From contig NC_092673.1 of assembly GCF_964355755.1 (NCBI RefSeq), forward strand, positions 3,348,001-3,412,000: a stretch of DNA of 64,000 nt, read 5' to 3'. Source of the DNA: Antedon mediterranea (taxonomy: Eukaryota > Animalia > Echinodermata). Position 1 is the stretch's first letter; each line of letters begins with the position of its first letter. Below, piece by piece: positions 17,001-31,000 of this stretch. Under the pieces are notes generated by a model. The model worked only from the letters and a program-made list of their open reading frames with translations. It searched no databases and was not told the origin of the DNA. The position numbers were made by a program, and so were the translations under genes.

Positions 17001-18933
17001 CTAAGTTGTTTCCCTTTGATGTCCTTCCGGTGCCGTCGACACTTTATTTCTAACCTGAAACAATGAAATTGATTGATTTAGCCTACACAGTCAGGGGGAA
17101 CATGACAAAAGGCTTCCTACTTTCTAGGTGTTTTATGTACATAAAATTAATAATCGTATAAGATAACAAGTGGAAATGGATGCTTGTCTCACACAACATT
17201 TAAAAAGTTAGGCCTACGGAAGGAAATATTAAACATTCGATAACATTTCATAATTAACAAGTTCCAATCTGCATCTAGTTTTCTAATCCAAATTTATGTA
17301 TATCGTATAATTAAACATCTCTTTGTTCTCGCGATTTAAAAACTAAACTGGTATGGCATCTATGAAAACTGTTAGGTAGGCCTATACCTCCTCTTCAGTG
17401 ATTTATCAACATACAGGCCTACCCTACCGCCCGGCCTAACCATATCCCTTCTACTGATTTCACGAATGTAATTCTTACCGTCTGTTTGTGTGGATAGACA
17501 TAAACTCCACACCTGATACATTTTTGTCCCACATTGGCCTTGCTAATAGAATGCCACGTCTCATTGCAATCACTGCAGTAGAACTCTCCGTACAACGACA
17601 TGTCTTCATCACCTTGATACGGTGTCAACTCAGTCCTCTTTTTCGTCTATTTTCAAACAAATTTTAAATTCAATTTATTTAATTAATGATTTTTTAGTAA
17701 TTGTATGTATATTAATTATTGTTTTAATTTCAAGGCCAGCCTGAGTCACCCGTTTTATAGGCCTATATCACATTCACGCGAGTCACCAATAAGTGTTGTC
17801 AACCACCCTGACTGATTTTAGAAATCCTACCGTTTGTTTGCGTGGATCGACGTCAACCTTACACTTTGGACATTCTTTCCCCTGGTAAGCCCATGTATTA
17901 TTAACACTGTACCAAAGCCGATCGCAATGACTGCAGTAAAACTCTCCGAACATCATTGCTTCGCCTTGATATGGTGGCAAGTTGTTTTTCTTTTTTTTCT
18001 AATTCAAATAAACATCATTTAAATGAATTAGTGATAAAATGTAGATGATTCTAATAAAAAATATTTATCTCTGGAATATTATTACATTAGGGTTGTTGTT
18101 GTTTGTTATTTTAATTTCCTCTTTCGTTAGAGTATGATAAATAGTTTAATTACATTAAATGTTCTCTATAATGTGTACATTGCTGCCGATTTTGAGCAAA
18201 AGCGCGTTCTGTAGTTTTACAGTCGTTTTTTAGTTAGCTAAAAGTAGTTGCATTTTATAATCTGTTCATTGAAATTGATAATGACCTCATGATGGAGTCG
18301 GAACGTCGTTCTTTTGTAAGCGTTATTAACTAAAATGTTTATATATGTAAATACCGTATATAATGACGAGGAAGAAGTACATTTTTAGTTGGATTGTTTG
18401 ATTTTGGTATAGGCCTACTGTATTTGCAATTTCTTACCAACAGCCTTCTAGGGGGGACGCGTCTCTGTTGCGCTCCTCTCGTTACAACCCGCCACGGACC
18501 AATAATAGTGGTTTCATGCTTGAAAAGTGCTGGCAATACCTGTTTATTACGGTACAACAAAACAAGTAGGTACTATCTTGATCCTAAAAAACATCTGAGC
18601 ATGCGTGAAATGAAAATAACATTGTCAACTATTCGCCGAATTCTCTCTATCACAATAAGTCGAACAAACCATTACACCGTCAGATATTTAGCAAGGAAAT
18701 CTAACAATTTTATTAACATAGGAAGAAGCTAAGAAGCAGAATGGTCATTACAAAAGAAGGCCTCTATGTCTACTAGCAGTAAACGTGATTGTATTATCAG
18801 GCCTACAATCTTAATTCCCAGAACATCTTCAGATTTTGAAAGCGACAATTTCCAACACTGTTAATATAAAATTACCATTTTGGATGAAAAAAATGTAATT
18901 AAATTAAAAATAGCAACTTACCCTGCGAAGCAT
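17001..18933 (-). CDS. 3CxxC gene, copy 6, with a duplicated domain exon; exons 18933-18922 (MLRR), 18539-18438, 17998-17831, 17646-17479 and a degenerate last exon 17054-17001
   Basis: Two 168-nt phase 0-0 exons: LPPYQGEAMMFGEFYCSHCDRLW..GKECPKC..PRKQT and [38 protein letters not shown]. The last exon lacks the third CxxC; an EYCKRIRR relic lies in another frame. Confidence 0.65.
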
Positions 18934-19033
18934 GATCTGAATTTGGAAGGAAATTTATAGATTTTAAACCATTTACAGCTCATAAAGTTTGGAATATTGT
19001 ATATAAAATCAGTACGTTGCGTTATTCTCTGCT

Positions 19034-19100
19034 GGGATTTTCCAGCGGATTTCAAGAATTAGTGGGAGTTCCTGTTTATGTTCACTTTCATAGCGTCCTC
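19034..19100 (-). promoter_or_regulatory. Conserved promoter block of copy 6 (kB-like GGGATTTTCC, ETS-like TTCCTGT, TAGCGTCCTCT)
   Basis: Alignable with 21185-21266 and 22421-22522; about 100 bp upstream of the ATG. Confidence 0.55.
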
Positions 19101-19898
19101 TGTTTGATTCATGTTCTGGTTATGAATCGACCCGACATATACGATACAACGATCAAACCAATATACGTTGTTAACTTTATATATGATAGGCCTATATATT
19201 TTTATTTGTTTTAGAAATAACATTTCCTGGATTTATTGTATGATAATTATGATATTTAATAAAGACATGCAACTCTGGTGGTAATATATTTTACATGTTG
19301 AGATATACAGTTTGCGGTGGTGTACACATTTTATATCAACATATTGATTTCGCCATCCAAACCTTAACAACATATATTTTAATCTAAAACTTGGCTTGGC
19401 TTATGTTGTATGTCAGGGTTCACCGCAGACAGGCAGTTCTATCAATCTGTTAATTGCAACAGTAAAGAATGTCACAATTGAGAGGTTGTCAATTTTGTAA
19501 ACTTTTAAGAATTAACAATAAAGTTTGTAGCAAAGCCTATATCCAGGTCTGTAAAATATGGATACACTTCTTTAATGGAAAAATCAATTCATTTGGGCCT
19601 AGGATATTACAAAACGGTATACGATACACCTTTAAATAAATGTCATTTGTTACATTAAAAAATATATATATAGACCTATAAGCATTATTGCATAAAGGAC
19701 ATTGATAGCACCACTTTAGTAATTGTTTTCTAGTTATAGAGAAAAACTGAAACTGAGAAATTAATTTGTGGACAATACAGTATTTTAGACAAAGACAAAA
19801 ATGTACGTAATATAATTTCATTGATCCAATCGTTTACGACTATTCACGGCCGATGTTTATATGTAAAGGTAATTGAATCCAACAAGTCGCCATCGTCG

Positions 19899-21107
<1,209 letters not shown>

Positions 21108-21184
21108 GATCCGTTTTTTAAAATGAAATCAATTTACCATTTTGCTACACATTATGGGAATCATGAATAACATGTCAGTGCGTT

Positions 21185-21266
21185 GGGATTTTCCACCGGA
21201 TTTCAAAAAATTAGTTTGAGTTCCTGTCCTGTGTGTGTGTACATGGTTACTTTTATAGCGCCCTCT
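21185..21266 (-). promoter_or_regulatory. Conserved promoter block of copy 7 (GGGATTTTCC, TTCCTGT, TAGCGCCCTCT)
   Basis: About 80 bp upstream of the ATG; paralogous to the blocks of copies 6 and 8. Confidence 0.55.
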
Positions 21267-21666
21267 CTGTCTGAGAAGTCGCGAAGTAATAACATTTAGA
21301 AGTTACATGACAATCGACAACGTTACATGAAATTTTTTATTGTTTTGAACGAATTTTTCTTGATATGATTGTAACATTTATACAAAATACATTTATATCT
21401 AAATAAAAAAACGAATAGTGTTCATTCGACTTTCATGCAAACTAATGTATTATTATACTGTCATAAAAACTCCAAACTTAGCTAATATAATGTTCTCTTG
21501 AAAACAACTGATAATTTTGCATCATTTTACAAACATTACAAATCGTTTAGTTTCTTAAAACCGTTGAAATATACAGCTTTTTGCGAGAAAATATTTGACT
21601 AAAATGTATATTTATTAAATTGCATTCAATCAATACTTTACAAGCCCGGATGTTCTTGTAAAACGT

Positions 21667-22286
<620 letters not shown>

Positions 22287-22420
22287 GACTCCCTTATATT
22301 ATTTCTAATGAAAAACCGAGTTCCACATCAATTAACCAAACCAATGTAATAATAATAATATATCAATTGTACAAAACGTAGTAGATCTAATCCTGTTAAT
22401 ATAGTCAATTGAACTTCCGT

Positions 22421-22522
22421 AGGTTTTTCCGTAGGATTTTCCACCGGATTCACGACGCACGTAACGTCATAGTGACGTCACACACTCGGTGGACAGCATG
22501 CAGTACTTTTCAAAGCGCCCTC
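22421..22522. promoter_or_regulatory. Putative bidirectional promoter between copy 8 and Abraxas
   Basis: The ATGs are 343 bp apart, head-to-head; two kB-like sites (22421-22430, 22433-22442), a perfect CRE TGACGTCA (22473-22480) and the AGCGCCCTC block. Confidence 0.6.
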
Positions 22523-22628
22523 AATTTCTGACAGCAATCAAAAACTAAAAGTACATACAGGGGGCGGAAGGAGTTTGAGTGAGAAGGCTTTTAGAGGTTT
22601 GGATATTGTAATGGAGAAATAATAAAGG

Positions 22629-25600
22629 ATGGCAAAAATTAAGATCAATGGTACTACTTGGGGAACATTGTTCTTTGATCATGTAAATAGCCTTGGTGAT
22701 CAGGTAATGTTTATTGGTGTTTTACGCTTGCTATGTAGTCGCTATCCTAGCCTAGGCCCTCCCTGTAGTACTTGCTCGATACTTCTTGCCTTCCACATGT
22801 CACCCTTTCCAGGGAACATTCTGTGTTGCATTGCATAACAATCTGAAATGGTAGGCCTACAAAACGTAGGTCATTATATCACACTGTGGATCTATGACTA
22901 CTATGACCAATTTCTTAAATTTAAATTTCACATTATTATAATATGAGCCCACATACTTATTTTTTAATAATTAATATAATTTATAATAATTATATTAATA
23001 ATTGATTACAATAATTAATAAATAATAAATATAGCCTAGACCTAGAGGCCTAGGCTATATTATATCAGGGAGTTGTTAATTAAAAACTCCCTGATTATAC
23101 TATTAGTTATTACTATATCCTACTACTAGGCAGGCTACTAACTTCGCCTAGTTGAGGCCTAGCTAATAAGAAGCATATTGCTAGGTAATTACACTCACTA
23201 GTTTACACTATCACACCATTTTATTGTTTAACTTCCTAAAATTGTATACAGTATATTTGAGATTCATCTAAATTAATTATTTATTTTTTTAATTTATTGT
23301 ATGACCATTGTCTTTTTATATTTATCTATAGGAGGGCTTCTTGATTGGTGATGTGACAGAAAATGTAACATCAAACATCAGTGACTCGCAATTAACCACA
23401 TATAAGAAAGATATATGTACAAGTAAGGTTAAAGAAAAAGTGTCATGATAAGAAATTAATTTTAAAAATCGTAATATTAGTGTAAACTTTCCAAATATCT
23501 TTTGGTAGTAAAGGCACTTTTAAAGTGACAATGGTTTCTACACAAACAAAGGATGAATCATGTTGTGAATCCTTCTATCTGTATTCATTTTATCATGGAG
23601 TAATTAATTATTTTCTTATTTTACAGTCATCCAATCAACTTATGCATGTGAGAGAACTGGCAGGTATGTACTGTACAGAGACAATACACTTTTTTTTATA
23701 TACTTAATATTATTATATTGTACTTAACACATTTTATTACATTCTAGTTTTTATAATAGAAGCGGACATGTGAACATTGCTGATGTCCAGTCTGTTCTGC
23801 AAGATAAACACACAGTAAGTATTTTAGTTTTTTAACATGCACTCACTGTATTAACATGGGACCAACGCCTTTATGTTCTATCCGAAGGGGTGAGACAATG
23901 TGAGTAAAGCATTTTGCAAGCATTAAAGGATACAAATAATATGTCACAAATAGACTTGTTCTTATTCCTCTAACATGCTATTTCAGTACCTTACCATTAT
24001 TCCATATTTTCTTTGTTTACAGAAAGTTGTAGGGTGGTATAAATTTCGACGCAACACACAATCACAGATTTCGTTGCGAGAGAGGGCTGTGCATCAAAGC
24101 TTAGAAAAAGCGTTAGGTAAAGGTCTGATACTTGCAATATTTACAGCTCAACAGACATGGAATCAGTCTACACACACATTTGGGTATCAGTTATTCTCCT
24201 TCAAAAACAAGTAAGTTTATGGTCTGTGCTTGATAGTATGTCTCACCAAGGCAATCTAACAACAGGACACTGAGCTTGCCTTGCCAAGATAGGAACTCGT
24301 AACAGTCTTTTGATCTTATGTCTGGCTGCAACAAATACCAACAGTACTGTACTATGTACATATTCTCTGCAGCGCGCGTTGTCTGTTAAATGGGTGTGGA
24401 ACTGATCATGTCGCAGCCACTGATAAATCCTTTGATCTCTGGAGCTCAGTATCCTGTTGTTCGGTACGGCCTCTAGGTCATAGTAGAACTAGAAAATGTC
24501 AACATCATTTTTTATTTGTCGTTCAAAGGGTTGCTTATAACTTTTCAAATTTGTTTATTTCTAGAAAATTTGTGCCTTTACCTATTGAAGTAATTAATCT
24601 GGGAGACACATCACAATCAGATTATAAAAGAGCAAGTGAAAGTGTGCCCTCTATAGGCTCCACATATGATACCATACTTAATAAATACAAGTAAGTAGCC
24701 ACATACCTTGTTCGCACGTTATCATGGTTTTACCACATAGATTAACAGAAGAGTTGAACTTCAAGATAGCACGGTTATAATTGTTTTTGTATGTTCTACT
24801 GGGTAAGCATTGGTCGGCAAAAGTAACCACTAGACTTAGGGAATTGTGGCCAACATTCAAATTCAAACTTTATTTTTGGAGAATTAAATAATATAAATAA
24901 TAAGGTTATTAGAAAGTTATAAAATAGTTTTCTACAATTAAATAAATTAAAATGTTTTTAGGAGTGTGTTTGTAGATAATAATGATAAGAATAGAAAGTC
25001 TGGTGTGCCTTTGATTTAGGACAAAAAAGTGAATGAAAGAAAATGATTAACCAATTAAATAAAATGTGTGTGTTTTTATTAAAAGGAGTGTTTTTGTAGA
25101 TCCAAGTGGAAAATCAATAGCTTTAGTCAAAATGGAAGAAATGAATAACACAATGCAGTCAGAATTAGAGGTAAGATGATAAAGCTTCAATAAATGGTCA
25201 TTTCATTAATAAAGGTAAAACTTATTTACTATTTCCTCAGAGCCCTGTTTCTGTACTTAGGACTTTACAAAACAGGACAGTTAGCGGAGGACGACGAACA
25301 TCCTGTGTTTGCTAGAGAATAAAATCGACATAGCCGGGGCCCTTCTGAATTGCTTGGCTCTGGTGATGCAGCATAAGCCTTCTTAGCTAGGGTCCTCTCA
25401 TTCAAACTACATTCAGACTACCAACACCACTTTTGGTTTGTGTAATACCGTCTTTGATGCAAATACGATTTTGACAAGTCCAATCACATGATTTCATCAT
25501 CAATAACAATAATAAAATTGTTGCATTCCATACAAATGCTTTATTTAAATAAATAAATAATTTATTATTTATGTCAATGTGTAGAATATTAGTCAGGAAC

Positions 25601-27912
25601 TTCTGAGAAGTGAGGCGAGTGTTAGCAAGCTGAGACTGGAGGTTGAAGAACTTAGACGGAAAGCGGCAGCAAAAATACCAAAGAGGTCTGAAGAAATTGT
25701 CAAACCTGATGAAAGTGTAAAAAACAATACAAATGAAGAAACAGATGAGAAATTGCAGGAGAATATTAAAAGAAGTGTAGTGAATCACTCATCACCAATA
25801 AGCCCTAAAGGTATGTAGTAGACGTTGTCTAGTACTAGTCCAACAATGTTCAATAAGCCCTAAAGGTATGTAGTAGATGTTGTTTAGTACTAGTCCAACA
25901 ATGTTTAATAAGCCCTAAAGGTATGTAGTAGACTTTGTTTAGTACTAGTCCAACAATGTTCAATAAGCCCTAAAGGTATGTAGTAGATGTTGTTTAGTAC
26001 TAGTCCAACAATGTTCAATAAGCCCTAAAGGTATGTAGTAGATGTTGTTTAGTACTAGTCCAACAATGTTCAATAAGCCCTAAAGGTAGGTAGTAGACGT
26101 TGTCTAATACTAGTCCAACAATGTTCAATAAGCCCTAAAGGTATGTAGTAGACTTTGTCTAGTACTAGTCCAACAATGTTCAATAAGCCCTAAAGGTATG
26201 TAGTAGATGTTGTTTAGTACTAGTCCAACAATGTTCAATAAGCCCTAAAGGTATGTAGTAGATGTTGTTTAGTACTAGTCCAACAATGTTCAATAAGCCC
26301 TAAAGGTATGTAGTAGATGTTGTCTAGTACTAGTCCAACAATGTTCAATAAGCCCTAAAGGTATGTAGTAGATGTTGTTTAGTACTAGTCCAACAATGTT
26401 CAATAAGCCCTAAAGGTATGTAGTAGATGTTGTTTAGTACTAGTCCAACAATGTTCAATAAGCCCTAAAGGTATGTAGTAGATGTTGTTTAGTACTAGTC
26501 CAACAATGTTCAATAAGCCCTAAAGGTATGTAGTAGATGTTGTTTAGTACTAGTCCAACAATGTTCAATAAGCCCTAAAGGTATGTAGTAGATGTTGTTT
26601 AGTACTAGTCCAACAATGTTCAATAAGCCCTAAAGGTATGTAGTAGATGTTGTTTAGTACTAGTCCAACAATGTTCAATAAGCCCTAAAGGTATGTAGTA
26701 GATGTTGTTTAGTACTAGTCCAACAATGTTCAATAAGCCCTAAAGGTATGTAGTAGATGTTGTCTAGTACTAGTCCAACAATGTTCAATAAGCCCTAAAG
26801 GTATGTAGTAGATGTTGTTTAGTACTAGTCCAACAATGTTCAATAAGCCCTAAAGGTATGTAGTAGATGTTGTTTAGTACTAGTCCAACAATGTTCAATA
26901 AGCCCTAAAGGTATGTAGTAGATGTTGTTTAGTACTAGTCCAACAATGTTCAATAAGCCCTAAAGGTATGTAGTAGACTTTGTCTAGTACTAGTCCAACA
27001 GTGTTTATTATGGGTATGTTCAGATCCATGGAGGTATGCTTTCGTATCGCAATGTCATATTATAATTAGCGTTGTAACAGCAAAGTGTTCAGATTTGGTT
27101 AACACTTTTGTTTGAAACTGAATTGTCACCGATTCGGGCGAACATCTGGTATGCAGGAAATTAAATTTGATTGGTTAGATGTCAAAATCGTTAATGCATG
27201 ACTTTTGTATTGTAAGCATCGTTCACTAATCTTGTACCTGGTGCGGTTGTAACAAACAACAATCAGTGTCTTAAGAAGTGGCTTCTACTAATCTTTTCCT
27301 GGTTCAGACCTATGGATTTGTATGCTGCGTATGATACAAAAGCATAACTCTGTAGGTCTGAACAAGCCCTAAAAGACACTCTGAACTAACTTACTTGCCT
27401 CAAGTGGTCTAGCACAATAGCATGTGAACAGTGAAATTGTATGGTTTACCTTGGATAGTTGTTTCTAATGATTTATAAACAATTTTACTAAATTTCTGGT
27501 TGTTATTTTATTTTTAGGAGATTTCAGTTTGGACGAGCTAAAATCCGGTAACAGAAAATTGTCAAATGAAATATCAATGGATCATGAAAGTCCTGAAGTC
27601 GTAAAGGAAGCTAAAGAAGACATTACAGACCCATTTGCTGGTCTCCTATCAGAAATGAAAAACGCTTTAAAAACTTCACCAGGGTTTGTGAAAAGTAGGC
27701 AGCGGTTAAGCACTGATGAAGGGACCGCAAAAGATTCTAATAGATATCGTGCGTTCAGTGATCCACCAAAAAACATATCAAAGAGAAATCAGATTGATAA
27801 CAATTTAGTAACGAAAGAACAAAATTTAAAGAAGGCACATGACGACAGTGATGTAACCAGTATTTCTGATAAAGATGAATCATTTTGCCAGTCAGACTCA
27901 CCCACCTTTTAG
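22629..27912 (+). CDS. ABRAXAS1: Abraxas/FAM175 (BRCA1-A/BRISC scaffold); exons 22629-22703, 23332-23422, 23627-23663, 23748-23814, 24023-24210, 24565-24690, 25086-25170, 25585-25810, 27518-27912
   Basis: EGFLIG..ISDSQ, SFYN..G, VVGWYKFRRNT..SLRE..H, STH and INLG motifs, a coiled coil, and a C-terminal SPTF* BRCT-binding motif as in ABRAXAS1; splice phases are consistent. Confidence 0.9.
25796..27005 (+). repeat. Minisatellite, 22 x 55 bp, spanning the exon 8/intron 8 boundary of Abraxas
   Basis: Unit CAATAAGCCCTAAAGGTATGTAGTAGATGTTGTTTAGTACTAGTCCAACAATGTT, nearly homogeneous, with no spacers. Confidence 0.97.
27012..27369. mobile_element. Degenerate Harbinger-like MITE
   Basis: Imperfect TIRs GGGTATGTTCAGA / TCTGAACAAGCCC resembling the ends of the 52623 element. 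Confidence 0.55.
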
Positions 27913-27938
27913 TAGGAATTTAATTCTACTTGATATAA

Positions 27939-28071
27939 ATCTCTGTTTACACTATCAAACTAGTTTTAAAAAAAAAAGTGTGATGTGCTCAAATATTGTA
28001 GTGATATGACATCATCGTTTCCATATATGGGCATTTTTTTGTCACAAAAGTTTGATAGTGTAGACAGAGCT
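27939..28071. mobile_element. MITE family A just downstream of the Abraxas stop codon (3' UTR)
   Basis: Family A TIRs and internal repeats. Confidence 0.85.
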
Positions 28072-31000
28072 TTATACAAGATATGGCTACATCCTTCTAT
28101 TTCATAGTCAACGTCACACCAACATCTATATACGCAGAGTCTTGCTGGAAATGTCCATGTGATGTTTAACATTTAATATAACAGTTATTTAATATGGAAA
28201 TATTACAAATGTTAAATCTGTTTTGGTTGAGAAAACATAACATAAAAACGGAAGGAAGAAGATTTTTAATTAATCTTGTTTTTGGCATTGCAAAAAAGCT
28301 AGCTTGACATTTTGTTATATACAGTATCCCACAATGCAATACACAATGTTGACATGTCTATTTTTGTTCTGCCACATTGTGAAATGTGAGAATGAATGAA
28401 CATTGTCAGGGTTGAAATGAACAAATTTGGTATATAAAAGGTCTAAAATGACAACATTATAGTTATTTCTATAATTTTTTAATTAAAACGTTTTAGTAGT
28501 GGTTTACATTTTACAAAAGGTTATATATATTTATTTTTTACATTGAAAACTATTGTTAATAATAACTGTGTTCTAAATTTCATTGTAATGTTTCTATGAA
28601 TTTAACAAAACAAACAAGTAAAGAGGTTAGAGACTATTGATGCATGATAAAAATTGGAAGATTTGATATGAAAAATAGTGTCTATAGTTTTGTTTTATTA
28701 TTACAGTATTTCTAGTTATTTTTTATCAATCTTAGTAGGGAGCTATATATATTTATATGATTTTATAAATTGTAATCTCATGTTTTTCAAAACAATATTT
28801 CATAAATATTGTTTTGCTAATATAATACATAAACAATCATCACTAGGCTAAATTTCTCAATTATGCGATAATTTATTAATAAATATGAGCTTATATAGCA
28901 TTATCATAATTTTATGGAAGTCATAAAAACCTTTATGTAAAATAAATAAATAAAAGGTCAAATTTTGTTGATTTAAAACAATAACATGTAAAATAAATAA
29001 AAGGTCAAATTTTATCCATTAAAAAAATAAATAAAAGGTCAAATTTTGTCTATTTAAAAACAGACAAAATATGGCCTTTTTAAAATCCAATTGTCATGCG
29101 ATAATACTGCTATATATGTGCATTTGTCCTTATAGTCATAGTAAACAGTTGCATATAAAAACTAAAAGGGTCATATTTTGTCCATTTATAAAAAGAGTCC
29201 CTTATCACGCTGCTGCTCTAGCCCGCTACGTCACTCACACGAGATGACTCATTAATTAGATGAAATCAAGCAGCAGTTATAGTACTACACTTTGACATTT
29301 TTGCTAAAATGGAAACTCCACTATAATTTATAGGTAGCAGCTGCATTTCTGGTATTTATGAGTCCCATGATAATACTGTATTTCGCTGTCAGATAATCAT
29401 TGAATTATTATCAAAACAGCCCATGAAAGTTTTTGTTTGTAATATGATACTTCACACTTGAAGTATCTAAGGCATGATGAAGTGACCCCCAGACTTGACC
29501 TTAGCAATAAAATAAACTAAATTGAGTCTGTTTCATATCAAAGTTATTCACTTCTGTAACAAAATTCACATTATAGAAAGAGAAAAGAAACGTTTAACTC
29601 AAAAACCACATTGTCTGACAGACAATTGAAGTATTTTTTGCATTTTTTTCAGGTAAAATAACTATTATGTGACAATAAAATGACACATTCAAAAACAAAT
29701 TTGAAATAAAAAATATTTTTCAGAGGGACAGTATATCTTTAAAACTGTTACGTCAATAAGCGAGCAGCGTTTTTTGTAAGAAATATTTCTTGTTTTTTAT
29801 TCTATTTTAATTCAAATTAAAAAAAAAAAAAATATGTGCACAATATTGTGTTATTATCATTTGATTTGTGTCATGTTTAAATATAGGAGTTGAATTTGAC
29901 ACTTATTTGAGAAATTTTTTGTACCATAGTACAGGGATTTTAAAATGAAAGTTCACAATATATGAGATTGGATTTTGCACATTTAAGATATAGTAACAAG
30001 TTTATGCGATTATGTGCATGTCAATTTATATTGAGGTAATATTATTATGTACGAGTGTATGTGTTATATATTAGTATACATTGCATTATCACATGGAGAA
30101 AAGAATCATTATCTCTCGCAGATATAGACATGAAAAGGTCCAAGATCTCGTCAACGTAAGTAAAGTATCTTGCCTAAGGATACAAGCAATGCGGCGGGAG
30201 TTGGATTCGAACCTTGATATCACCACATGCCCTATAATGCTCTCTAATAATCTCTTATAATTTTTATTTATAGAAAGATAAAAAGACTGCAGACACATAC
30301 TGTACATTGTACATTTTATTCCATAGTTACAGACAGTGGCACAATATTGCAACTACTAAATTCATCAGGGGTGTAGTACAATTCTACAAAACACAATACT
30401 GTTATTGTATTATCTAAAGTGATCAAATATTAACAAAAGGCGATACAATCAAATCAACATTTACAGAATAATTATCAATGGCATCGAATCAAACAAATAA
30501 TCTACATTTTTTTTTTCATTCAAATATTTTATTTTTTAATTAACAAAAGATTTAATTACGAAAAGAAAACAACATTTTTATTGTACAACAATCATTCAAA
30601 TTTAGAAATAATTTTTATTCTAAAGCAAATGGATTACTTTAATATTTAATATATACGCAACAATTGGTATTTTACGTCCGTAAAATACCATCAGACGTCC
30701 CAAATAAAAATAATTTATATTTGATTAATGTGGCAATTATACACAGCAAAATCTAGCTCATCAATCATTGTGAATCTACAAAGTTGCAATACTGCTTTTC
30801 ATCAAAACTTGTGAATCTATCTGATATCATTTGAAAAAAACTGATGAGTTACTAAAAATAAAAAAATTTGTTAAACTAAAAGTAATAATAATGAATATTC
30901 TTTATGGTACTGTACTTGTTTTGTTGCTAGCTCCAAGTCCATAATGTGGTAGTCTACAAAATAGTGGACAAAATTTAATTGTTTAAGGTTTTGAAAGAAA

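Noticed and set aside
24211-25430. Telomerase RNA or U17 snoRNA in the Abraxas introns
   Set aside because: No CTAACCCT template and no U17 m1/m2 motifs found; kept only as unnamed structured candidates.
25796-27005. CRISPR-like array with palindromic units
   Set aside because: Head-to-tail units with no unique spacers, no cas genes, and located in a spliceosomal intron.
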